Of a stretch of 64,000 bases of DNA, positions 10,250 to 21,911 are shown piece after piece (positions within the stretch are counted from its first letter, which is position 1; each line of letters opens with the position of its first letter). Under the pieces are notes generated by a model. It was not told the DNA's origin and ran no database searches. It worked only from the letters and a program-made list of their open reading frames with translations. The stretch lies in NCBI RefSeq assembly GCF_003790525.1, contig NZ_CP033635.1; one strand, 5' to 3'. This stretch comes from Escherichia coli. Its GTDB lineage: Bacteria > Pseudomonadota > Gammaproteobacteria > Enterobacterales > Enterobacteriaceae. The translations under genes and the position numbers were made by a program.

Positions 10250-11344
10250 TTCTGGACCAGAAAGGAGCCTGTACATAGATTTGTGTAATTGCCTGATTTT
10301 GATATGTTCAATTCACCTTCAAATGAAGGTGAATTTATGGCCGACAAACAATTGCAGGCTCTGGCTAACGAACTGGCCAAAAATCTCAAAACTCCTGAAG
10401 ATCTCAGTCAGTTCGATCGCCTGCTCAAGAAAATCAAAGTTGAGGCTGCTCTCAACGCTGAACTGACTCACCATCTGGGACATGAAAAAAATCAACCCAA
10501 ATCGGGAACCAACTCCCGTAATGGCTATTCCACGAAAACCGTCCCACTACCGACGGGCCGATGGAATTACGTACTCCACGTGATCGTGATGGTTCCTTCG
10601 AACCACAACTGGTGAAGAAAAATAAGACCTGCATTATCGGCATGAACAACCAGATCCTGGCGCTGTATGCCAGAGGGATGACTACTCGCGAAATTACCTC
10701 AGTCTTCAAAGAAATGTACGATGCAGACGTTTCTCCGGCGCTGATATCGAAAATCACCGATGCCGTAATCGACCAGGTTGTAGAATGGCAAAACCGTCCT
10801 CTGGATGCGATTTATCCCATTGTTTATCTTGACTGTATTGTCCTGAAAGTACGGCAGGACAGCCGGGTTATCAGCAAAGCGGTGTTCCTGGCTCTGGGTA
10901 TTAACCTTGATGGTCAGAAAGAGCTGCCAGGTATGTGGCTGGCCGAAAATGAAGGTGCAAAGTTCTGGCTGAATGTACTGACGGAACTGAAAAATCGCGG
11001 CCTGAACGATATCCTTATCGCCTGCGTGGACGGCCTGAAAGGCTTCCCGGAAGCGATTAATGCCGTCTACCCGGAGACGCAGCTCCTGTTGTGCATAGTA
11101 CATATGGTACGCAACAGCCTGCGGTTAGGGCGTGGAAAGACTATAAAGCGGTAACCCGTGACCTGAAACAGGTTTACCACACAGCCACGGAAGAAGGCGC
11201 GTTGCAGGCGCTGGATGCGTTCGGGAAGGAATGGGATGCACGGTACCCGCAGATAAGTCGCAGCTGGCAGGCAAACTGGCCGAATGTTGCCACCTTCTTC
11301 GTGTACCCGGAGGCGAGCCGCAAGGTTATAATAAATAACCGTCA
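10250..11344 (+). mobile_element. IS256-family insertion sequence remnant (3' end interrupted)
   Basis: transposase ORFs 10337-11340 match IS256-family (mutator-type) transposase blocks (TREI..FKEMYDADVSP, YPIVYLDCIVLKVRQ, LIACVDGLKGFPEAI); C-terminal about 80 aa missing at junction with IS50-like element. Confidence 0.75.
10337..11340 (+). pseudogene. IS256-family transposase (frameshifted, C-terminally truncated)
   Basis: coding split over three frames (10337-10615, 10561-11154, 11091-11340). Confidence 0.75.
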
Positions 11345-12760
11345 ATACGGTGCTCCGTTAACGCTTACGTCTGTTATGGTACTTTCTGATTGTTATTCAT
11401 GGGCTAACGAGCAGTTTGGACATGCCAGTCTCGGTGATCCGCGTCGTACACGACGCCTTGTGTCACTGGCCTCTTCTCTCGCTCAGCATGCAGGTCTTTC
11501 TATCGTGAAATCATCCCAGTCCACTGCTCAGGTTGAAGGTGCGTACCGCCTGATGCGTAACCCGTCAGTGTCTCCGGAAGCCATTGCCGAAGCCGGATTT
11601 ACCGCCACTGCAAGGGCATGTGAGGCACATCCGCTGCTCCTCGCACTGGAAGACACCACCACCATTAGTTTCAGCCACAGTACGGCATTTGATGACCTAG
11701 GGAATACCACTACTAACCCGAAGACGCGCGGGCTGCTGGCTCACTCTGTCCTGATGTATGCCCCCGACAGCGCCCTGCCAGTCGGTCTTATCGAACAGCA
11801 GCGCTGGAGTCGGGCCACGGACACCTACGGTGTTAAGCACCAGCGAAAAGAACGTCCCTGTGAAGAAAAAGAAAGTTATCGCTGGCAGCAGGCTTCGGAG
11901 CGTATGGCTGAACGGCTGGGGGAGATACAGAAACGGGTAATCACTGTCTGTGGCCTGGAAGCGGATATCTGGCATTACCTGCATTATAAAGTCAGCCACG
12001 GACAGCGCTTCGTGGTGCGTGCTGCACAGAATAGCCGGCAGGAAGAAGCACCCGGCAAGCTCTTCGAACTGCCGGAAGTCCTGACAACCGCATGAAGCCA
12101 CATGCTGAATGTGATGTAAAAAGGCGGGCGCGCAGCCCGCCAGGCCCGGATGTTCACCAGTTACAGCGAAGTCGGCATAAAAAATCCCGACAACAGCGGC
12201 CAGGCGCTTCCGCTCACGTATGTCTGTTGCCGGGAGCAGGCAGAGGACGGTGCCTGCTGGCATCTGCTGACATCAGAAAAAGTGGCGAGTGCCGCCGATG
12301 CGCGACGTATCGTCAGCCATTACGAGCGACGCTGGTTGATAGAGGAATACCACAAGGCGTGGAAAAGTGGTGGTACATGTGTGGAATCGCTGCGTATGCA
12401 GACCCGGGATAACCTTGAGCGCATAGTGGTTATCAAGGCGTTTATCGCGGTACGGGTGCTGGGCCTGCGGCAGGGAGGTATCAGTGAAGAAACACAAAAT
12501 GACAGCTGTGAGAAAATACTGTTGCCGACAGAGTGGAAACTGCTGTGGGTTAAGCTGGAAGGAAAACCGCTTCCGTCACAGACGCCGACACTGAAATGGG
12601 CCTGTCTGAAACTGGCGAAACTGAGGCGATGGCATGACAGCAAACGCACAGGTCGCCCCGGTTGTGTAGTCATGTGGGATGGCTGGTTCAGACTTCAGGA
12701 TATGGTTGAGGGTTACCTGGTGATGGAGTCTCTTGATCAGGAGCTCTGATCAAGAGACAG
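11345..12760 (+). mobile_element. IS4-family (IS50/Tn5-transposase-like) element inserted into the IS256-like remnant; left boundary approximate
   Basis: transposase similar to Tn5 Tnp as recalled (LGDPRRTRRLV, LALEDTTTISFSH, RWLIEEYHKAWKSG, WHDSKRTGRPG); right end CTGTCTCTTGATCAGAGCTC (revcomp at 12741-12760) resembles IS50 inside-end sequence. Confidence 0.7.
11376..12749 (+). pseudogene. IS4-family (Tn5-like) transposase, frameshifted (11376-12095 and 12150-12749)
   Basis: two consecutive ORFs in different frames together cover a Tn5-like transposase. Confidence 0.7.
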
Positions 12761-12905
12761 CTAGTACAGTAGGGGGTACCATTATTTAATTCCTGCAGTA
12801 CCAATTAACACAGAGCATTCTGCCTCTGTGAACATATGATATCCAGACTTGACTAATTGTTATTGTGAATGTTTTTATTGCTGTTTTAGCCTCTAATCGA
12901 TGCTT

Positions 12906-13619
12906 TCAGTGTTCCAGCGCGATAGCGCAAACATGTTCAAGCTTAGAGAGTGAATGGTATAGTTCTGGTAATGTCATTTTTTTTCTAATCACGACCTTAA
13001 GGTTAACTTCTATTCTTCCCTTTTTAACATCGCGAATAGTGAACGCTTCAATAATATTTTTTTGTTGATTAATACACTCTATCAGGGCTTGTAGCCCTGA
13101 TCTTTCGTCAAGAGTAACATGAACTTTTACTTTACCCGGAAATTGATTCTTAGCTTGCAAAAAGAGCACAAAATAGCTGAGTTTTATTGCAATCATGAAC
13201 AAAGCAGTGGTAACCAAAGCATGCATATAAAACCCAGCACCACATGTAATTCCCACCCCAGCCGAAGCCCAAACGATAGCTGCAGTTGTTAGTCCAGATA
13301 TAGCATCGTCATGGCGATGAAGGATAACACCTGCGCCGAGAAAACCTACACCGCTGATAATCTGTGCTGCCAGTCGCATCGGATCGCTACGTATATTCAT
13401 CGAGATTTCAGCGTAATATTCTGCAGACTGAATCGATACAATTGTCAGAACACAACTGGCGACTGAAATAATGACGCACGTTTTAAATCCAACAGGCTTC
13501 CCTTTCGATTCTCTTTCAAGGCCAATAATGCCACCAAGGATAAACGCGACGCAAATTTTGCCCAGTGTAATAAAGAGAGATTCTTCTTCACTGAATAATA
13601 AGAAGGATAACGTATTCAT
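12906..13619 (-). CDS. MgtC/SapB family membrane protein
   Basis: 237 aa; N-terminal hydrophobic domain with GIIGLERE motif typical of MgtC family, plus soluble C-terminal domain. Confidence 0.75.
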   Translation of the reverse strand: MNTLSFLLFSEEESLFITLGKICVAFILGGIIGLERESKGKPVGFKTCVIISVASCVLTIVSIQSAEYYAEISMNIRSDPMRLAAQIISGVGFLGAGVILHRHDDAISGLTTAAIVWASAGVGITCGAGFYMHALVTTALFMIAIKLSYFVLFLQAKNQFPGKVKVHVTLDERSGLQALIECINQQKNIIEAFTIRDVKKGRIEVNLKVVIRKKMTLPELYHSLSKLEHVCAIALEH

Positions 13620-13682
13620 ATTTCCTCCGGAAAAAACTCACTCCAAACTGTGTACGAAGGTCTCCTTTTCTGCCCCATGAGG

Positions 13683-14666
13683 CTACGCGCCGTAGTTCTG
13701 GATATAGTGCTCTATCAGCGAAATAAGCCGCGGGTTATCGATGCTCTGCAGAATTGTGACCTGTGCACCTTTTGGTTCAGGGATCCCAATATTGAGGCGT
13801 AATGTGTCACGTCCATAGCAACAAGTCATTCCGCGTGTAATGCCTTCCAGAGATACATCCAGATAATCTTCAGCCGTTGTTGCAAGAGAGGGATCCAGTA
13901 ACCAGGCAATGGTTAACACATCGTGGATCCAACACCCAGGCAGATTGCGGGTTTGCATAGAGTATGTAATCCATGGTCGAATGGTTTGTGCCAAATAACG
14001 GCTAAGCCCGTTTTCTGTTTTTGCTAGACGATCCAAATCGGCGTGAAGCATTTGGGTTTGCGTTGTCACATCCATCGGGACCAGCGTGACTGGCGCACCG
14101 CTGGTGAGCACCGCATGAGCCGCCTCAGGGTCCAGACCAAAATTTGTATCTTTCAGGTAGCCTGGAACATTGAACACGCCACCCATAACGACGATATTTT
14201 TGACCGCGTGAACAATCTGCGGGTAAAGCTGCAGGGCGATGGCTACATTAGTGAGGGGGCCGGTAGCAACCAACGTTATTTCGCCTGGATTACGACAGAT
14301 GAGTTCACCTATTGCTTCAGGCGCATGGGGTTCTACCTGCTGGCACAATGCTGGAGCAGGAACATTCGACCAGAGTTGCCGTAAACCAAACTGATCGACA
14401 CCATGATCCAGTTTTTCACGCCAGGGTTGCGGATCTTCCAAGAGCGCACGCGAGGCACCACGGTAGACCGCAACAGGAATATCCAATTGTGTAATGAGAT
14501 CTCTAGCGACCGCATATCCCACGTCTACCGGCGTATTTCCGGCAACAGTGGTGATCATTTCCAGCGCGATTTGCGGTGCGGCAATGGCCAGCGCCAGCGC
14601 CAGACCGTCGTCGATATTAGCGCCGGGAATGCCGTTCCCCGGATCGCAGTCAATAATGATACGCAT
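13683..14666 (-). CDS. inosine-uridine-preferring nucleoside hydrolase family protein
   Basis: N-terminal IIIDCDPG..DDGLALALA aspartate-cluster motif of IU-nucleoside hydrolases; start chosen at MRIIIDCDPG. Confidence 0.8.
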   Translation of the reverse strand: MRIIIDCDPGNGIPGANIDDGLALALAIAAPQIALEMITTVAGNTPVDVGYAVARDLITQLDIPVAVYRGASRALLEDPQPWREKLDHGVDQFGLRQLWSNVPAPALCQQVEPHAPEAIGELICRNPGEITLVATGPLTNVAIALQLYPQIVHAVKNIVVMGGVFNVPGYLKDTNFGLDPEAAHAVLTSGAPVTLVPMDVTTQTQMLHADLDRLAKTENGLSRYLAQTIRPWITYSMQTRNLPGCWIHDVLTIAWLLDPSLATTAEDYLDVSLEGITRGMTCCYGRDTLRLNIGIPEPKGAQVTILQSIDNPRLISLIEHYIQNYGA

Positions 14667-14676
14667 CGATTCATTT

Positions 14677-15708
14677 TCACTTTTTCTCGGGTTGAACTTC
14701 ATGCCCTTGGCAGCCACACGACTCTCCTGTTCGTAAATAAAACTCAAATTCAACACGGCGAACTTCTCCATCCCAATTTTTCAGCATGTCAATTGCCGCA
14801 CGGGCCATCTTATCGACAGGTTGTCGAACGGCGGTTAAAGAAGGGACGTTATAAGCCGATTCTTGTGTTGCGTTAAAGCAGACCAGCGCAACATCTTCAG
14901 GAACGCGCAGCCCATGTTCTGCCAAAGCGCGTAAACAGCCGAGAGCCTGTTGTTCATTTGTCGCGAACAGGGCGCGTGGCAGTTGGTGCTCAAGCATGCG
15001 TTTTGTCGCCTCGTAACCGCCGGCGCGGGTATAGTTGGTCGAAAAAATCCATGAGGGATTGACCACTAACGATGAGGCTTCCAGCGCCTGCTGCCAGCCC
15101 CGGATACGATCCTGAGTATTCAGCATTTCACGCGGGCCGCAGATGATGCCGATGTCGCGGTATCCGTGATCAATAAGATGTTGTGTTACCTGCATCGCCG
15201 CCAGTTGTTCATCAACCTGGATAACGCTGACGTTAAGCCCAGGATCCACACGATCGAGCATGACGCAGGGGGTACCGCTCTCCTGAATCAAATTGATATA
15301 AGGATGGCGATCAACACTGGTGTAGATCAGCCCGTCAACCTGGCGGTGTAGCATATTATTAATGAGTTCACGTTCACGGCAGCTACTATCGCCTGCGTCG
15401 CCCAGCAGGAGTACTTTGCCATCAGCAAAGGCTTCGTGTTGCAGGGCATGAGCCATAGAGGCGATAAACGGGTTCGAGATGTCCGGAGCGACTAGCCCAT
15501 AAGTTTGCGTACTCCCTGAAGCCAGCGCACGCGCGATGCCATTGGGTCGATAACCGGTTTTCTTAATGGCCTGTAGTACACGTTGTCGGGTCGCTTCGGC
15601 AACGGGGCGCGGGCCATTATTAATAACGTAACTAACGACAGCGACGGATGTCCCTGCTTCTTTTGCCACGTCAGAACGTGTTACGCGTTGTGAATGTGAT
15701 TGAGTCAC
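14677..15708 (-). CDS. LacI-family transcriptional regulator
   Basis: N-terminal HTH (VTRSDVAKEAGTSVAVVSYVINN) and periplasmic-binding-protein-like effector domain. Confidence 0.85.
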   Translation of the reverse strand: MTQSHSQRVTRSDVAKEAGTSVAVVSYVINNGPRPVAEATRQRVLQAIKKTGYRPNGIARALASGSTQTYGLVAPDISNPFIASMAHALQHEAFADGKVLLLGDAGDSSCRERELINNMLHRQVDGLIYTSVDRHPYINLIQESGTPCVMLDRVDPGLNVSVIQVDEQLAAMQVTQHLIDHGYRDIGIICGPREMLNTQDRIRGWQQALEASSLVVNPSWIFSTNYTRAGGYEATKRMLEHQLPRALFATNEQQALGCLRALAEHGLRVPEDVALVCFNATQESAYNVPSLTAVRQPVDKMARAAIDMLKNWDGEVRRVEFEFYLRTGESCGCQGHEVQPEKK

Positions 15709-15812
15709 GAAGCACCTACCTGATTGCGTTCAGAGTGATTTTTTCCAGACAGCATAAGGCGTTATGACCCAAAAATCTTTGGTAAAGAACGCGCATCTCA
15801 CGTTCTCTGGCC

Positions 15813-17207
15813 TTAAATTGCATCCTCGGGTAAGTTGAGATCCCGTCCGCGAGTCTCTGGTGCAAAGAAAGTGGTCACCAGTCCAATCGCGGCCATAAAG
15901 GCGAAATAGATAGCGATTGGCCACCAGTGCCCGTAATACGAGAGTAGCGCAGAGGCGATAAGTGGTGCAGTCCCGCCAGACAGAATGGAACCGAGCTCTT
16001 TTGCAAATGCCATTTTGGTATAACGATTAGTGACACCGAAAAGCTCAACGCCCCACGCAGCCTGAACACCAAAAATACCCAGTGAAGCCAGCCCCATCCC
16101 GGTAATGATCGTCGGGATAACAATCCACGGCTCACGAGAATCCAGCAACATAAATGCCGGAAAGGCATACAGGATCAGTAACAAGCAGAACCAACGATAG
16201 ATGATACGTCTACCGAATCTATCGGACAGCCAACCCGCCAGAGGAATAATGGCAAATCCCAGAACGGATGCAATAAGTACAGCTGCCGTGGGTACGGACT
16301 TATCCACCATCAGTACTTTCGCGACATAGCCAATGATAAATCCCTGAGCGAGATAAGAAGGACCATTCTCTCCTATGCGTAATCCGACCATGGTCCAGAA
16401 GGCACGGGTCCGTTTCCAGAAGCTACGACTGTCATGTTGTTGCTGTGCTTTTTCCTCACGAATAACCTTTTCTCGTTCAGCCTGCAGAAGGGCTTTTTGA
16501 CGTTCAAAGACTGGTGTTTCGCGTATATGACGACGAATTAATAGAGCTGCAGCAGCAATAAGAATGCTGCAAAGAAAAGGAATACGCCATCCCCAGCTTA
16601 ATAAGTCATCCTTGTCCATTTGCAGGACGATGAGCCAAACCAGCGAAGCCAGTAATGTTCCGCTGTTCGAACCCAGACCAATAACAGATGAAACCAGTCC
16701 ACGTCGTTTAACGGGAGCATATTCACCAAGCATCACAGTACCGCCTGAAAGTTCCGCTCCTGCTCCCAGCCCCTGAGAAAATCGAAGGATAACCAGACAT
16801 ATCGGTGCCCAGACGCCTATCTGGGCGTAACTGGGGATTAATCCTATTAGCATGGTCGACATGCCCATCAATCCAATAGTGATAACCATGACAATTTTCC
16901 GACCATGTTTATCGCCTATCCAGCCGAATAGTAATGCACCAATAGGGCGGGCAATAAACCCAACAGAATAGGCGGCAAAGCTGGAAAGTAATGCCATGAC
17001 GGGTGTCGCCTCCGGAAAAAAGACATCGCCAAAGATAATACCTGCGGCAAGGCCGTACAGGGCAAAATCGGCATATTCCATCGTGGTGCCTAACCAGCAG
17101 GAAACTGTTGCTCGCCAAAACTCGCGGCGTCCCTCGGAGGTTTCCAGCCGCTCCTGAGCTGCCTGTTGGTTATCTGTCAGGGAAACAGTGGATGAATGCG
17201 TGTTCAT
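15813..17207 (-). CDS. MFS transporter (metabolite:H+ symporter-like), likely nucleoside/metabolite uptake
   Basis: 464 aa, 12 predicted TM segments, MFS motif GWIGDKHGRK. Confidence 0.8.
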   Translation of the reverse strand: MNTHSSTVSLTDNQQAAQERLETSEGRREFWRATVSCWLGTTMEYADFALYGLAAGIIFGDVFFPEATPVMALLSSFAAYSVGFIARPIGALLFGWIGDKHGRKIVMVITIGLMGMSTMLIGLIPSYAQIGVWAPICLVILRFSQGLGAGAELSGGTVMLGEYAPVKRRGLVSSVIGLGSNSGTLLASLVWLIVLQMDKDDLLSWGWRIPFLCSILIAAAALLIRRHIRETPVFERQKALLQAEREKVIREEKAQQQHDSRSFWKRTRAFWTMVGLRIGENGPSYLAQGFIIGYVAKVLMVDKSVPTAAVLIASVLGFAIIPLAGWLSDRFGRRIIYRWFCLLLILYAFPAFMLLDSREPWIVIPTIITGMGLASLGIFGVQAAWGVELFGVTNRYTKMAFAKELGSILSGGTAPLIASALLSYYGHWWPIAIYFAFMAAIGLVTTFFAPETRGRDLNLPEDAI

Positions 17208-17263
17208 AAGAACTCCTTGATATTATCCGTCAGATATACATCACAGGTAGATATCTTTCTTAA

Positions 17264-17320
17264 ATCTACTCATGTAGATATTGTGTTTTATTACATATAA
17301 ATAAATCTACTCGCGTAGAT
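17264..17320. promoter_or_regulatory. two 16-bp palindromic operator-like sites (ATCTACTCATGTAGAT at 17264-17279; ATCTACTCGCGTAGAT at 17305-17320) upstream of the MFS gene
   Basis: perfect inverted repeats ATCTAC-N4-GTAGAT, duplicated 41 bp apart in the promoter region of the minus-strand MFS/LacI/hydrolase cluster. Confidence 0.5.
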
Positions 17321-17519
17321 AAACCATTCAATGGAAGTAAAATCGTGATGGAGATCACTCATAAGGTGTAAGCGCAAAGCTAACGTTGTCTGTTACCTCG
17401 CTCCTAGCGAGCTAAATTACGCTTAAAATATCAGCAATACACGAGCGCCTTGCTCATTTGAGCAGGGTGTTTTCTTTTGTCTTACATACAGTCATGACCA
17501 TGAAATTAGTCAACTACTC

Positions 17520-17657
17520 GGGCAGCGCGTTTATGGGCCGTGAGTAACGAAGTTGGATGCAAATGTCAGATCGTGTGCGCCTGTTAGGGCGCGGCTGGTA
17601 AGAGAGCCTTATAGGCGCATTTGAAAAACCTCCGGCTATGCCGGAGGATATTTATTT
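17520..17657 (+). mobile_element. solo IS200 end fragment (about 138 bp) in inverted orientation to the IS200 copy at 26.0-26.8 kb
   Basis: 137/138 identity to revcomp of 26031-26168, which encodes the TnpA C-terminus and hairpin of the IS200 copy. Confidence 0.75.
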
Positions 17658-18135
17658 TGCTACCACAGTGACAGTCACTGCTGGAAAATATACCTCTGTT
17701 CAAAACAGTCCTGTTGTGGATCCGAAAAATACACATCGCTCCCGTTATCTGTGGCTGTATGATTACCATCACTGAGTAAAAAAAATCCCCAGGATGCAGG
17801 GGACGGAAGGTAAACTATGCTGAATCTTGTCTGTTTGTTTTAATATTTATCTATCCGTCTTGCCAACGGACAAAGAAAAAATAACACGACGCAGAACAAA
17901 AGAAAATATTATTTTCATATCTTCCGGAAGACTATGGCCTCTTCCAGATAATTACCTTATGGTTGGCATCAATCAATGATTCACTCTCGTTCTGCCTCGG
18001 AACTCTATATGGATGTACAATCATATAATGTTCTAATATTCACGAGATGTGAATAAACAAATCCACTTAAGAAACGGGGGGGTATTTAATTAATAACTAA
18101 GTGAAGCGCCCCGGAAATCTTGGAGACTAAATTCC

Positions 18136-18470
18136 CTGAGAAAGAGGTAAACAGGATGGCTAAAAATACTCGTTTTTCCCCCGAAGTCCGTCAACGGACA
18201 GTTCGTATGGTTCTGGAAAATCAGGGCGAATATGACTCCCAATGGGCAGCAATTTGTTCCATCGTCCCAAAGATTGGCTGTACACCGGAGACTCTGCGTG
18301 TCTGGTGTACAACCAGCATGAGTGGGATACCGGGGGCGGTGATGGTGGACTCACCACCGCTGAACGTCAGCGTCTGAAAGACGCTGGAGCGTGAAAATCG
18401 TGAACTGCGCCACAGTAACGATATCCTTCGCCAAGCTCTTATTTTGCGAAGGCGGAGTTCAACCACCCCT
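18136..18470 (+). pseudogene. IS3-family (IS629/IS1203-like) orfA fragment, frameshifted and truncated
   Basis: [50 protein letters not shown] matches IS629-like OrfA as recalled; continuation is in another frame. Confidence 0.65.
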
Positions 18471-18804
18471 GGAAACTGTTGCCAGTTCATTTTCGCCAGG
18501 CAGCACGCTACCTGCTGGCAGTTCGCCGCACAGGATGCGCTCGGCAAGATGCTGAGTAACAGATTCGGAGAGACTAGTCTGCACAATTTTCATTGCATTT
18601 CCTAGCTAAAAAACGTCACAGTGATGAGCCATATAATAAGCTAAATAACAGCAAACTTACTAATTGTGAAGCAGGTGAACTCCACCCCCTAGTCAGTTCT
18701 TATCGTTGCTGGATACCCTCAAAGCAGTGTAATGCTATCCAGAATAGGCATGCTTAAGGAAGAGCTCAAGGGTAGAACCCCGACTTCGGCATCGCAGAGG
18801 ATAC

Positions 18805-20102
<1,298 letters not shown>

Positions 20103-20159
20103 TAAAAGAGAAGTTTGAACGAGACGACGCAATAGTTCAATAACTTGCTGGATACCTAA

Positions 20160-20235
20160 AGGATGTCTGATGTGTGCCAATAAAATACTTTATGGGGATC
20201 CTTAGTGTATCTGATGAATTTCCATCAGACATCCT
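20160..20235. repeat. 13-bp perfect inverted repeat (AGGATGTCTGATG / CATCAGACATCCT) with 50-bp spacer
   Basis: seen directly; lies upstream of the IS66 TnpB fragment. Confidence 0.4.
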
Positions 20236-20536
20236 AGATGGAGGAAACAGGACTATAGACGCTCTACCTTATTCTCCTGAACCTGTGTTGTTTCGCGGCG
20301 TCTTCCTGTAACGACTACTTCTGACGCTGGCGTTAAATTATTACCTGTTGAGATAACGCCGAATGAACAGAAAAATACGATGATGTCTATTGCTCCATCT
20401 TTATCCATTTCCCCCCATAACACAGTCAGTGTCAGTTCCTGTAAGGTTGAGTTCCGTCTCAGTAACATGATGTGTTGGAAAATCCTTCACCAGAGCTGCT
20501 CAAGGTGTTAATCCGTGAGTTAGCCAGGAGGAGACG

Positions 20537-20869
20537 ATGATCTCACTACCATCCGGTACCCGTATCTGCCTCATTGCCGGGGTAGCTGATATGCGTAAAT
20601 CCTTCAACGGACTGGGAAAACAGGGTCAACATGTGCTGAATTATAATCCCTTCTTCGGCCACCTGTTTATCTTCCGAGGCCGACGGGGTGACACTGTTAA
20701 AATACTCTGGGCTGATGGTCTGTGTCTTTTCACCAAGCGCCAGGAGGAAGGCAATTTATCTGGCTTGCGGTACGTGACGGCGGGGTATCCTTTACCCGCC
20801 CGCAGCTGGCAATGCTCCTTAGTAAGCTGGGCTAGCGTCAGCCAAAAACATCACGCCTTAACGCGCTGA
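20537..20869 (+). pseudogene. IS66-family TnpB (orf2) fragment, degenerate
   Basis: MISLPSGTRI..AGVADMRKSFNGL..GHLFIFRGRRGD..K.LWADGLCLFTKR matches IS66 TnpB; C-terminus diverges. Confidence 0.7.
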
Positions 20870-21082
20870 CAATGTGGTAAAAATATCATAGCCGGATTAT
20901 AAAAACGGTCATGAATCAGAACTACCTCATTCGCATCGCTGACGCTGGAAAAGCTGCTGTCTGAGTACTAAGTCGTTGAAAGCATACTCTTCTTTCCCTC
21001 CTGTTTAGCGCCTGATATCCCTTTTCCATTTCTGCCCGACGCATGTCATTTTTTTATGCATTGTTCTTTTTGTGATCTAAAT

Positions 21083-21112
21083 TGTAGTACAGTAATATAA
21101 GCTTGTACTACA
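21083..21112. promoter_or_regulatory. putative DgoR operator half-sites (TTGTAGTACA and TTGTACTACA) in the dgo promoter
   Basis: two near-palindromic TTGTA-N-TACA motifs 20 bp apart about 110 bp upstream of dgoR; GntR/FadR-type operators have this form. Confidence 0.5.
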
Positions 21113-21221
21113 TTACGCACACGGCAAACGCGAACGTTATCACGCTGGTACTACAAAGTTGCCGCGTTATGCATCGATCGGGGTAAAGTAGAGAAGAACA
21201 TACAGAGCACAAGGACTCTCC

Positions 21222-21911
21222 ATGACTCTCAATAAAACCGATCGCATCGTCATTACGCTGGGTAAACAGATCGTTCACGGCAAATACGTGCCAGGCTCGC
21301 CGCTTCCGGCTGAGGCGGAGCTCTGTGAGGAGTTTGCAACCTCGCGCAACATCATCCGTGAGGTGTTCCGTTCGCTGATGGCGAAGCGGCTGATTGAAAT
21401 GAAACGTTATCGCGGCGCGTTTGTGGCACCGCGTAACCAGTGGAATTACCTCGACACTGACGTACTGCAATGGGTGCTGGAAAACGACTACGACCCACGA
21501 CTTATCAGTGCCATGAGCGAAGTGCGAAATCTGGTGGAACCGGCGATTGCCCGTTGGGCAGCAGAGCGCGCGACTTCCAGCGATCTGGCGCAGATTGAAT
21601 CGGCGCTGAACGAGATGATTGCCAACAATCAGGACCGCGAAGCGTTTAACGAAGCGGATATTCGCTACCACGAGGCGGTGCTGCAGTCGGTACATAATCC
21701 GGTGTTACAGCAACTTAGCATTGCGATCAGTTCGCTGCAGCGGGCGGTATTTGAACGAACCTGGATGGGTGATGAGGCCAACATGCCGCAAACGCTCCAG
21801 GAACATAAGGCGCTGTTCGATGCGATACGGCATCAGGACGGCGATGCGGCAGAGCAGGCGGCGCTTACCATGATCGCCAGCTCGACACGAAGGTTAAAGG
21901 AAATCACATGA
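21222..21911 (+). CDS. dgoR: D-galactonate operon repressor (GntR/FadR family)
   Basis: 229 aa, GntR HTH plus FCD domain; first gene of the conserved dgoRKADT arrangement. Confidence 0.9.
   Translation: MTLNKTDRIVITLGKQIVHGKYVPGSPLPAEAELCEEFATSRNIIREVFRSLMAKRLIEMKRYRGAFVAPRNQWNYLDTDVLQWVLENDYDPRLISAMSEVRNLVEPAIARWAAERATSSDLAQIESALNEMIANNQDREAFNEADIRYHEAVLQSVHNPVLQQLSIAISSLQRAVFERTWMGDEANMPQTLQEHKALFDAIRHQDGDAAEQAALTMIASSTRRLKEIT

Noticed and set aside
10289-11345. Possibility that the IS256-like element is IS1414 carrying an embedded astA (EAST1 toxin) ORF
   Set aside because: No small Cys-rich EAST1-like ORF was found in any alternative frame of the transposase region.
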